A DNA stretch of 64,000 bases from Escherichia phage p000y. A model generated the notes under the pieces. That model was not told the DNA's origin, did no database searches, and saw only the letters and a list, made by a program, of their open reading frames with translations. The stretch lies in sequence record MK047718.1; one strand, written 5' to 3'. The translations under genes were made by a program, and so were the position numbers. Shown here piece after piece: positions 55,942 through 64,000 of this stretch; positions within the stretch are counted from its first letter, which is position 1, and each line of letters begins with the position of its first letter.

Positions 55942-57759
55942 ATGATTAAAAATGAAATTAAGGTATTGTCAGATGTAGAACATATTAAGAAACGTAGTGG
56001 TATGTATATTGGTTCTTCTGCTAAAGAAGCACATGAGCGTTTTTTGTTTGGTAAATATCAACAAGTTGAATATGTTCCAGGTCTGGTTAAATTAATCGAT
56101 GAGATTATTGACAACTCGGTTGATGAAGCTATTCGTACATCATTTAAGTTTGCAAATAAAATTGATGTGCAAATTAAAAATAATCAAGTTTCGGTGGAAG
56201 ATAACGGACGTGGTATTCCTCAAGGTTTAGTTACCGACCAAACAGGTGAACAAATTCCTGGTCCTGTAGCAGCCTGGACTATTCCAAAGGCCGGTGGTAA
56301 CTTTGGTGATGACTCTGAACGCAAGACTGGTGGTATGAACGGCGTCGGGAGTAGTTTAACTAATATCTTCTCTACGTTGTTTACAGGCATCACGTCAGAT
56401 GGCGAAAATGAAATCACTGTTAACTGTTCAAACGGAATGGAAAACAAATCATGGTCTTCTAAGAAATCTAAAGGTAAAGGCACTAAAGTAATCTTCACTC
56501 CTGATTTCTCTTCATTTGAAGAGCATAATTTATCTCAAATTTATTTAGATATTACTTTAGACAGACTTCAAACATTGGCAGTCGTTTATCCTGATATCAA
56601 GTTCACATTTAATGGTAAAAAGGTTGATGGTAATTTTAAACGATTTGCTAAACAATTTGGTGAAGATAACATCATTCAAGAAAATGATAAAGTCTCTATA
56701 GCATTCACAACATCACCAGATGGCTTCCGTCATTTAACTTATGTGAATAACATCCATACTAAAAATGGTGGTCATCATGTTGAATGTGTAATGGATGATA
56801 TCTGCGAACATCTTTTGCCTGGTATTAAAAAGAAATATAAGGGTATTGAAGTCACTAAAGCTCGTGTTAAAGAATGCCTCACAATGTTGATGTTTATTAG
56901 AGACATGAGCAATATGCGTTTTGATTCTCAGACTAAAGAACGTTTAACGTCAACGTATGGTGATATTCGTAATCATATCCAATTAGATGCTAAGAAAATT
57001 GCTCAGGCACTTCTTAAAAACGAAGCCTTGATTATGCCTATTGTTGAAGCAGCATTAGCTCGTAAATTGGCGGCAGAAAAGGCTGCAGAAACTAAAGCAG
57101 CTAAAAAGGCAACTAAAGCTAAGGTTCATAAGCATATTAAAGCTAACCAATGTGGTAAAGACGCAGATACGACATTGTTCTTAACAGAAGGTGATTCTGC
57201 AATTGGTTATCTCATTGATGTTCGTGACCGTGAACTACACGGCGGATTCCCATTACGTGGTAAGGTGATGAATAGCTGGGGTATGTCATATGCGGATATG
57301 ATGAAGAACAAAGAGCTCTTTGATATCTGTGCTATCACAGGTCTTATTCTTGGTGAAAAGGCCGAGAATACGAACTATCGTAATATTGCAATTATGACTG
57401 ACGCAGATCACGACGGTCTTGGAAGTATCTATCCGGCTTTGCTTGCTTTCTTTAGTAATTGGCCTGAATTGTTTGAACAAGGACGTATTCGCTTTGTTAA
57501 AACACCTGTAATTATTGCACAAATTGGCAAAACTCAAAAATGGTTTTATACTGTAGCTGAGTATGAAGAAGTTAAAGATACACTGCCTAAGCATAGTATT
57601 CGATACATCAAGGGATTAGGCTCCCTTGAAAAGTCAGAGTATCGTGAAATGATTCAGAACCCTGTGTACGACGTAGTTAAACTTCCTGAAAATTGGAAAG
57701 AACTCTTTGAAATGTTGATGGGTGATGATTCAGAACTTCGTAAAGAATGGATGTCCTAA
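55942..57759 (+). CDS. 39: DNA topoisomerase II large subunit gp39 (uninterrupted 39+60-type)
   Basis: 605 aa; GHKL ATPase region plus TOPRIM motif LTEGDSAIGY; single ORF rather than the split 39/60 arrangement of T4. Confidence 0.88.
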   Translation: MIKNEIKVLSDVEHIKKRSGMYIGSSAKEAHERFLFGKYQQVEYVPGLVKLIDEIIDNSVDEAIRTSFKFANKIDVQIKNNQVSVEDNGRGIPQGLVTDQTGEQIPGPVAAWTIPKAGGNFGDDSERKTGGMNGVGSSLTNIFSTLFTGITSDGENEITVNCSNGMENKSWSSKKSKGKGTKVIFTPDFSSFEEHNLSQIYLDITLDRLQTLAVVYPDIKFTFNGKKVDGNFKRFAKQFGEDNIIQENDKVSIAFTTSPDGFRHLTYVNNIHTKNGGHHVECVMDDICEHLLPGIKKKYKGIEVTKARVKECLTMLMFIRDMSNMRFDSQTKERLTSTYGDIRNHIQLDAKKIAQALLKNEALIMPIVEAALARKLAAEKAAETKAAKKATKAKVHKHIKANQCGKDADTTLFLTEGDSAIGYLIDVRDRELHGGFPLRGKVMNSWGMSYADMMKNKELFDICAITGLILGEKAENTNYRNIAIMTDADHDGLGSIYPALLAFFSNWPELFEQGRIRFVKTPVIIAQIGKTQKWFYTVAEYEEVKDTLPKHSIRYIKGLGSLEKSEYREMIQNPVYDVVKLPENWKELFEMLMGDDSELRKEWMS

Positions 57760-57782
57760 GCTCCTTCGGGAGCTTCATTTTA
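57759..57782 (+). terminator. Rho-independent terminator after gene 39
   Basis: AGCTCC-TTCG-GGAGCT followed by a T-rich tract. Confidence 0.6.
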
Positions 57783-57801
57783 ATTTTAATAAGGCTTAAT
57801 T

Positions 57802-58902
57802 ATGAAAGTTATGTTTATCCCATCTCGCGCAGTCCCATTTAACCCAGAACGTGTACAAGGTGGTCTTGAAGCAGTACATTTAAATGTGTTGAAATATTTA
57901 GTTTCTATCTGTGCTGATATTGATTATATCGGTTTTGATAATGACACATTTGGTGATTGGAAGGTTAATCATCATCCTGTTGGTCATCTGACAAAATTCA
58001 GTCTAGGTATGAGTTATACTATGGCTCGTAAGATTGTTGAACTAGCCGGCATCCATGAATACGATTTCGTTGTTACTATGGAACCGACTAAACTAACCGT
58101 TCAGGCAATTAAAGACGCAGGCCTCTCTAAAGTTCATAAGAATTTTATGGCAACACCATTTGAACCGGTATCTCGTGGCATTGTTCAAATTTGGGACCAG
58201 ACTATTCAAATTCATAAGAATGGTGGTAAGAGTTATGCTCCTACTAAAGCCTTCCGTGAATTTGAACGCAAATATTGTTATATGACTTCAGGTCTGACTG
58301 ACAAAATTGATTATGATTATTGGCGAGCAAATCCGTTGTTTGAAGCCGAAGATTATCCGGTTATTTGTTTGAATGAGAAACCTGAAGTTCTTCCGGCGAC
58401 GGATCTGATTATTAGTGCACAACGTTATGACACTAAAATGCGTCGTACTGATGTTGCTCTTGAAGCGATTAAAGCACTAGGCGAAAATGGTGCAGGATAC
58501 TGTCCTAGTAAATGGGCACCACCAGCTAAATATCCTGTTATTATTGATGCTCCACACAGTGAAATCATGGAACGCCTTAAAACAGCTAAAGCACTTATTA
58601 ATACGTGTCCTGACACAGGTACGGTAGAGAATAGTTCTATTGAAGCCATCTCTAAAGGTGTCCCTGTAATCCAGTTAGTTTTTAAGGATTATCCTCATGC
58701 GACATTTGAATACGACCCAGATACTGTGCGTGTAGAAATTGATTCCTCTACTCCTAAGAAAGAAGTAGTTGCGCTTTACACAAAAGCTGTATTAGAATTC
58801 ACTGACACATACGAAGCTCGAGTTAAACGTGCTGAAGCAGTATGGAAGAAGTATAACCGAGATGCAGTTGTTGCGATGTGGGATAAAATCTTCACAGCGT
58901 AA
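57802..58902 (+). CDS. GT-B fold glycosyltransferase (GT4-like), 366 aa; candidate DNA sugar transferase
   Basis: N-terminal MKVMFIP...GGLEAVHLNVLKYL and C-terminal TGTVENSSIEAISKGVPVI resemble GT4 donor-binding motifs; RBS AAGG. Confidence 0.55.
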   Translation: MKVMFIPSRAVPFNPERVQGGLEAVHLNVLKYLVSICADIDYIGFDNDTFGDWKVNHHPVGHLTKFSLGMSYTMARKIVELAGIHEYDFVVTMEPTKLTVQAIKDAGLSKVHKNFMATPFEPVSRGIVQIWDQTIQIHKNGGKSYAPTKAFREFERKYCYMTSGLTDKIDYDYWRANPLFEAEDYPVICLNEKPEVLPATDLIISAQRYDTKMRRTDVALEAIKALGENGAGYCPSKWAPPAKYPVIIDAPHSEIMERLKTAKALINTCPDTGTVENSSIEAISKGVPVIQLVFKDYPHATFEYDPDTVRVEIDSSTPKKEVVALYTKAVLEFTDTYEARVKRAEAVWKKYNRDAVVAMWDKIFTA

Positions 58903-58917
58903 ATCCTGAATAGCCTG

Positions 58918-58969
58918 AGGCACTATTACACATAAGATGATAGATTATATGGTCTTTAGTAATAGTGCC
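58918..58969 (+). promoter_or_regulatory. Large stem-loop with promoter-like -10 in the loop
   Basis: 11-bp inverted repeat GGCACTATTAC (58919-58929) / GTAATAGTGCC (58959-58969); loop contains GATGATAGATTAT. Confidence 0.4.
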
Positions 58970-58994
58970 CTAGGAATCTACTGAAGAGAATATT

Positions 58995-59195
58995 ATGAGA
59001 ACATATAACGTGGACTTGGAACTTTTTGATAAAGCAGTGCTCCGGGAATTCCGGCTTATCCAAAGATTTTTTGATATTGAGTCAGCAGAGTCCTTTAAAG
59101 AACGCTTTAAAGAAATTCGATATAAAATACAAACTGATACAGCTACTAAAGAAGAACTTCTCGAAGTGGCAGAAATTTTTAAACGTAACTTGTGA
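58995..59195 (+). CDS. Hypothetical protein, 66 aa (rIIA.1 position)
   Basis: RBS GAAGAG upstream. Confidence 0.4.
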   Translation: MRTYNVDLELFDKAVLREFRLIQRFFDIESAESFKERFKEIRYKIQTDTATKEELLEVAEIFKRNL

Positions 59196-59207
59196 TGAGA
59201 GAAAAAT

Positions 59208-61421
59208 ATGATTATTGAAACGGCTAAAGAAACAATTATTGGTTCAGGCGGTAAGAGCACAGCATTTACTATTCAAGGCAATAGCAAAGTTTATAAGATT
59301 TTGTCTAATGACCTTTATACAAACAAAGAATTGGCTTGTGTACGTGAATTAATCACAAACTGTATCGATGGACAAATTCTTAATGGTTGCACCGACAAGT
59401 TTATTGTTCAGGCTCCAGGTCGTTTAGACCCACGTTTTGTAGTTCGAGACTTTGGTCCTGGTATGAGTGATTTCACCATTCGAGGTAATGATGAAGAGCC
59501 AGGAATCTATAACTCATATTTTGCTTCAACTAAAACATCGAGTAACGATTTCATTGGTGGTTTCGGTCTCGGTTCTAAAGCTCCATTAGCATATACTGAT
59601 ACGTTTAACCTTACGTCTTATCACAACGGTGAAGTTCGTGGTTACGTAATTTACCAAGATGACACGGGTCCACAAATTAAGCCAACCTTTGTAGATAAGA
59701 TGGGCCCTGATGACAGTACGGGTGTAGAAGTAGTTGTACCGGTTAACCCAGAAGATTTTGAAAAGTTCGCATCCGAAATTGCTTATGTTATGCGTCCTCT
59801 CGGCGATATTGCAGAAGTTCGTGGTGTTAAAGATATTAAATACTTTCCTGAATTTGACGATGTATATTTGGCCAAGGAAGCTCCATGGGGTGAACGTGGT
59901 AATATCATGGCTGTTTATGGTGGTATTGTATATCCAATCGGAAGTGTTATTAAAGAACAAACATGGATGATGACACGATGCACTACAGCTTATATTAAAT
60001 TCCCTATGGGTGAACTAGATGTAGCCCCGTCTCGTGAAGCATTGTCATTTGATAAACGTACAGTAGCAAATATCCATAAACGCGTTGCAGAAATCGATGC
60101 AAAATTATTTGCTGAAGATTCTAAGAAATGGATTGATTGTGAATATCCACGTCATGTATTCCGTGAAATCGATTCTCTTGGTTACTCTGCTCGTAAATAT
60201 ATGGAAAAGGCCGGGTCTAATATTGAATCACTGAAATACTCTAAAGAACAACTAACTTATTCTGAGTTGTACAAACGTTTTAAAATGGGGCCTGAGTGGT
60301 GTAATCTTGGTGTCGTATACGATATCGTTGAATCCCCTCGTCTTCGTCGTATTCGTGAAAGCGGTAGCTCAACGGCAACCATTTCAATTAACAGTCTGAT
60401 TGGCATTAACATTAAAAACGTTGAAATTGTTATTGACGACGTTAAGGGACGCGTTCCATTAATGCGAGCTCTTAATTCAATTGAAATGTCTAAAGACGAG
60501 GTTAAATTAACCGGTAAAGTTCCACGCGGTTTTGGTAAAAGCGTACTATTCGTTGACCCTACAGACGAAGATGCAATGAAACTTCTGGAACGCCTTAAAG
60601 TTATCTTTGATGGCGACAACATTAACATGTACAAGACTTCAGAGCTTTTACAAATCGTTAAGCCATGGATTGAAGTCAAGACTCGTTCTAATGGGCCTCG
60701 TCCTAAATCCCCAAGTGCTCATCGGTTCTTTAAGAATGAAAACGATGTTTGGGTATCAGAAGACCTCTTTATTCCGGCAAGTGAAGCAGATGAAATCCAA
60801 GGTTATGCTATAGTTCGTAATCGTTCTAATGCTGAATGTCTTGACTCAGATAAAGGTTGGTTGAACTATGACTCCAATTTCTTGACCCGTATTGCTGATT
60901 TGTCAGGTATTAAAGAGTTCACTGTAGTTCGTCCACAGATTGCTAAGAAAGTTCGTAAACTTGGTGAAGTAGAATGCTTGTTCGAAAAATCAATTAATGA
61001 CTATATTACGCTAATCGATAAAGTAGATTATGATGAGTATGTATCACCAAGTCGTAGAGCACAGCCCTATCTAAACCATATTACTCGTAATGAAGAGCTT
61101 AACTTCCTTAGTAAGTATTTTAGCTCTAAGAACAAAGAAATCAGTAAAGACTTTGCAAAACTCTCCACAGTAAATAATCGCTGGGGATGGAATCGATTCG
61201 CAGGTGCTACTAATACAGACCTGAATAAGAAGTTAGAATTGTGTGCTAAAATTTTCGATAAGCTTAAAGATAATGCTTACGATAATGATGATAAAATGGT
61301 TATTGAATTCGAAACCAATTATCATATTGTGTCAGACTACATGGGACGACGTGGTACTCTTTCCAAAGAACAGGTCGCTCAAATCGTTAAATTCATGAAG
61401 GCCGTGGAAGCGGCCAAATAA
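59208..61421 (+). CDS. rIIA: Rapid-lysis protein rIIA
   Basis: 737 aa; N-terminal GHKL-type motifs ELITNCIDG and DFGPGMS. Confidence 0.85.
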   Translation: MIIETAKETIIGSGGKSTAFTIQGNSKVYKILSNDLYTNKELACVRELITNCIDGQILNGCTDKFIVQAPGRLDPRFVVRDFGPGMSDFTIRGNDEEPGIYNSYFASTKTSSNDFIGGFGLGSKAPLAYTDTFNLTSYHNGEVRGYVIYQDDTGPQIKPTFVDKMGPDDSTGVEVVVPVNPEDFEKFASEIAYVMRPLGDIAEVRGVKDIKYFPEFDDVYLAKEAPWGERGNIMAVYGGIVYPIGSVIKEQTWMMTRCTTAYIKFPMGELDVAPSREALSFDKRTVANIHKRVAEIDAKLFAEDSKKWIDCEYPRHVFREIDSLGYSARKYMEKAGSNIESLKYSKEQLTYSELYKRFKMGPEWCNLGVVYDIVESPRLRRIRESGSSTATISINSLIGINIKNVEIVIDDVKGRVPLMRALNSIEMSKDEVKLTGKVPRGFGKSVLFVDPTDEDAMKLLERLKVIFDGDNINMYKTSELLQIVKPWIEVKTRSNGPRPKSPSAHRFFKNENDVWVSEDLFIPASEADEIQGYAIVRNRSNAECLDSDKGWLNYDSNFLTRIADLSGIKEFTVVRPQIAKKVRKLGEVECLFEKSINDYITLIDKVDYDEYVSPSRRAQPYLNHITRNEELNFLSKYFSSKNKEISKDFAKLSTVNNRWGWNRFAGATNTDLNKKLELCAKIFDKLKDNAYDNDDKMVIEFETNYHIVSDYMGRRGTLSKEQVAQIVKFMKAVEAAK

Positions 61422-61430
61422 GGAAACATT

Positions 61431-62357
61431 ATGTACAATATCAAATGCTTGTCCCAAGAAGAACAGTTAGAAGCTTACAGACTGGTTGAATCAGGTCAAT
61501 GGACCCGTCGGGAAATTGCTGATTACTTCGACATTTCAACAGATACTCTTCGTAAGATTGTTAAGAATTTTAAAGCCGAAGATGAGACTTCGAAAGTTGA
61601 AGAAGTTCCAGAAAATGATGAACCTATTATCGGCGGCCATCGTCCTGAAATCGTATGGAACGCGTCATCTAAATTTATTTCAATTATTGAAGGACGCGTA
61701 GCATATAATGCGACTCCATCAAGTCATGCAAATTTTGAAGAAATTAAAGCTAATCTGGTCGCAGGAAACCTTAGTAAAGCTGTCGAACTTATTAACATCA
61801 AGAAAGCTATTAGTAAGTTTGTTGACGGTAATGTTGTTATTGAAGGTGGTAGTTTATTTTATCAAGGTATAGAGATTCGTTCAGGGCTGGTTAACCGTAT
61901 TATTGATTCCATGGAAAAAGGCGAAGACTTTAAATTCTATCTGCCATTCCTTGAAAACCTGTTAGAAAACCCAAGTGAAAAAGCTGTACAACGTTTATTC
62001 GACTTCTTGGTTGCAAACGATATTGAAATCACTGAAGATGGTCATTTCTATGCGTGGAAAGTAGTTCGTAAGGACTATTTAGACTGCTATAGTGGTACAT
62101 TCGATAACTCACCAGGTAAAGTTGTTTCAATGCCTCGTACTCGTGTTAACGATGATGATACTCAAACCTGCTCCCGTGGTCTACATGTTTGTGCTAAATC
62201 TTATATTCGCCACTTTGGTTCAAGCTCAGATAAAGTTGTTAAGGTTAAAGTTCATCCACGTGATGTTGTATCTATCCCAGTTGACTACGGCGATGCTAAG
62301 ATGCGTACTTGTCGTTACGAAGTAATTTCAGACGTTACTGAATTATTTGCAGAATAA
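61431..62357 (+). CDS. rIIB: Rapid-lysis protein rIIB
   Basis: 308 aa; MYNIKCL..., ...HFYAWKVVR..., ...KVVKVKVHPRDVV... read as T4 rIIB. Confidence 0.85.
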   Translation: MYNIKCLSQEEQLEAYRLVESGQWTRREIADYFDISTDTLRKIVKNFKAEDETSKVEEVPENDEPIIGGHRPEIVWNASSKFISIIEGRVAYNATPSSHANFEEIKANLVAGNLSKAVELINIKKAISKFVDGNVVIEGGSLFYQGIEIRSGLVNRIIDSMEKGEDFKFYLPFLENLLENPSEKAVQRLFDFLVANDIEITEDGHFYAWKVVRKDYLDCYSGTFDNSPGKVVSMPRTRVNDDDTQTCSRGLHVCAKSYIRHFGSSSDKVVKVKVHPRDVVSIPVDYGDAKMRTCRYEVISDVTELFAE

Positions 62358-62362
62358 TAATT

Positions 62363-62385
62363 GGGGACTTCGGTCCCCTTTTTTC
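62363..62385 (+). terminator. Rho-independent terminator after rIIB
   Basis: GGGGAC-TTCG-GTCCCC followed by TTTTTT. Confidence 0.8.
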
Positions 62386-62398
62386 TTTAGGGGTAATT

Positions 62399-62686
62399 AT
62401 GATTCATCCATTTGACGTATCAGAATCCAAAATTGCTAATCTTCGTGGTCATCATAAGTGTAAATCGGTTTATTGTGCTAAATTGGTAAAACACCCAGGT
62501 GATGCACACTATGGCTGGTTAGAATGCGACGAAGTTGTTAATGAAATTCCACCTGTAGATGCTGAATATCTTGAAGAAGGTGACCGCATTTATTTTGGCG
62601 AACTACACATCAGAGGTATCTATGGTAAAGACGAACTTGGGATTGTTGAGACTGAAGAGTCTTCCGACATTTATTCTGTCGAATGA
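62399..62686 (+). CDS. Hypothetical protein, 95 aa
   Basis: ORF after the rIIB terminator. Confidence 0.4.
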   Translation: MIHPFDVSESKIANLRGHHKCKSVYCAKLVKHPGDAHYGWLECDEVVNEIPPVDAEYLEEGDRIYFGELHIRGIYGKDELGIVETEESSDIYSVE

Positions 62687-62702
62687 GTTTTTGACTAGTG
62701 AA

Positions 62703-63179
62703 ATGAAGGTGAAGATTGCTGACACTGCTCGATATTCGTTGAGCCAAAATCCAGGTCAAATAAAAGAAGACGTTGTTCGACGTTGTAAGGTTGCAGTCTT
62801 TGCAGAGTATGTAGTAGCAAATTGGCTAGACGGATATGTTAATAAAGGTAATGAAGACGTAGAAGACCCGTACACGTATGCATGGGACGTTTTAGCTCAT
62901 CCTAAGTACTGTGGTCTACGCGTAGAAGTAAAGACCCATCAGATGGATTCGAAATGGATTTCGGTTACCACAGGATACGGTGGTGATTATCCGGGTGGTA
63001 ATGGAATCAATATAGGGCCCTTCTTGAATCATCGAGTCGCAGATTGTATTATTATATTAGATGTCAAAGAAACCTCACCTGACGTCTTCTCTTATTCTAT
63101 AAAGTTCGTGGGAGACCATGAAGACCTAAAGAAAATCGTCCGTAAGAGCAACTACAACGGATGGTATCTTCATCTTTAA
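62703..63179 (+). CDS. Hypothetical protein, 158 aa (position of T4 denB/ndd block)
   Basis: ATG 62703 just after the upstream stop; the 5' part of the track ORF is an out-of-frame overlap. Confidence 0.35.
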   Translation: MKVKIADTARYSLSQNPGQIKEDVVRRCKVAVFAEYVVANWLDGYVNKGNEDVEDPYTYAWDVLAHPKYCGLRVEVKTHQMDSKWISVTTGYGGDYPGGNGINIGPFLNHRVADCIIILDVKETSPDVFSYSIKFVGDHEDLKKIVRKSNYNGWYLHL

Positions 63180-63191
63180 TTTCATAAAAGT

Positions 63192-63226
63192 GTTTACAAC
63201 TAAGTAGGACTATGATATAGTAGTCC
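63192..63226 (+). promoter_or_regulatory. Early promoter with stem-loop (PeSL-like)
   Basis: GTTTAC 63192-63197, TATAGT 63216-63221; TAGGACTA/TAGTCCTA inverted repeat, as at 3663. Confidence 0.55.
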
Positions 63227-63247
63227 TATCTAAAAGAGGATAACATC

Positions 63248-63511
63248 ATGAAATTTAAATTTTTCTACGCAAAACATAAAGTAACAGGCGAATTTGTTTC
63301 AATGTACAACACTGCAGATGACGAAGGGATGATTTATACCCATTTGGGTCTATCTCATTGGGACTCAGACGTGCCTTATATGTCATCTGAAGCCGAAATA
63401 ACTCGTTTAGTTAACGGACATATGAACGACCATTTTAGTGTTATTCTTTCTAAAGACCTTAAAGAGGTTATCAACAAAGGATATATGGAACTTGCGGAAG
63501 TTGAGATATGA
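63248..63511 (+). CDS. Hypothetical protein, 87 aa
   Basis: RBS AGAGGA upstream. Confidence 0.4.
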   Translation: MKFKFFYAKHKVTGEFVSMYNTADDEGMIYTHLGLSHWDSDVPYMSSEAEITRLVNGHMNDHFSVILSKDLKEVINKGYMELAEVEI

Positions 63512-63700
63512 GCTCTAAAATGTGGATCGGAATATGGTTGCTTAGTATCCCTATGATTTGTATAATATTTTCAATTGCATTGAGGTACTTATGAAAAATG
63601 CACTTATTGTATTAAGAACAATTTGTGATACGGGTTTTTACATTGCATGTTCGTTCACTGGAACATGGTTGGCTTTAACATATTTTAATGTAATTTAATT

Positions 63701-63735
63701 GTTTACAACAAGGTAGGATTATGGTATAGTAGTCC
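63701..63735 (+). promoter_or_regulatory. Early promoter with stem-loop (PeSL-like)
   Basis: GTTTAC 63701-63706, TATAGT 63725-63730; TAGGA(T/C)TAT / ATAGTAGTCCTA. Confidence 0.5.
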
Positions 63736-63758
63736 TACTGAAACATGAGGAACACAAA

Positions 63759-63959
63759 ATGGCTAAGCTTTTTAAAGATGTTGAAATTGGTGAAAAATTT
63801 GTTCTGAATAACGGTCAGCAGCTTATTCGTGTAGCTTCTATCGCCGGACAAACTCATAACTGTATCGCCCCAACGTGTTGGACTCGATTCTTTATTGAAG
63901 ATGACACTGAATGTTTAACTGTTGAAGAGCTTTTTGAACGTTCCGATATAGCCGAATAA
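63759..63959 (+). CDS. Hypothetical protein, 66 aa
   Basis: RBS TGAGGAA upstream. Confidence 0.4.
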   Translation: MAKLFKDVEIGEKFVLNNGQQLIRVASIAGQTHNCIAPTCWTRFFIEDDTECLTVEELFERSDIAE

Positions 63960-63961
63960 AA

Positions 63962-63996
63962 TTGTACAAACTCTTGAGAGCAGAGTATAATGCTCT
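63962..63996 (+). promoter_or_regulatory. Early promoter with stem-loop, near-duplicate of 18995-19030
   Basis: TTGTAC -35, TATAAT 63986-63991; GAGAGC/GCTCTC inverted repeat. Confidence 0.5.
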
Positions 63997-64000
63997 CATG

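Noticed and set aside
1-64000. tRNA genes, rRNA or CRISPR arrays
   Set aside because: No cloverleaf-like conserved blocks or regularly spaced direct repeats were seen; the repeats present are promoter cassettes with variable spacing.

Overview
This window is a contiguous early/middle-gene region of a T4-like (Tevenvirinae) phage; the gp43 DNA polymerase (903 aa) reads as RB69-type. All but one of the called genes are on the + strand, in T4 transcriptional order: vs/tk block -> rI -> hyperplastic block of small ORFs -> nrdC -> gene 49 -> nrdD/nrdG/nrdH -> 55 -> 47/46 -> rpbA/45/44/62/regA -> 43 -> sugar-nucleotide cassette -> 42-like hydroxymethylase -> uvsX/40/41 -> dmd ... sp ... 61 -> 56/soc -> modB/modA/srd/dda/dexA -> 39 (fused 39+60) -> glycosyltransferase -> rIIA/rIIB. 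The most notable content is a five-gene cassette between gene 43 and gene 42 (KdsD-like SIS sugar-phosphate isomerase, tiny membrane peptide, fused sugar-1-P nucleotidyltransferase/anomeric kinase, HAD phosphatase, Cys-rich enzyme) together with a distal GT-B glycosyltransferase between gene 39 and rIIA. T4 alpha-gt and beta-gt are absent at their canonical positions, which suggests an NDP-pentose (arabinose-type) hypermodification of hydroxymethylcytosine rather than glucosylation. Other points of interest are a Pol-beta-fold nucleotidyltransferase and an AAA+ ATPase in the tk-nrdC block, a macro-domain protein plus two Mod-like ADP-ribosyltransferases, a dmd antitoxin homologue, repeated promoter/stem-loop cassettes (PeSL-like), two probable frameshift or non-AUG start anomalies, and a lone reverse-strand membrane ORF. 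No rRNA, tRNA, CRISPR array, intron or homing endonuclease was found. All calls rest on reading the translations and sequence by eye; no database search was run.
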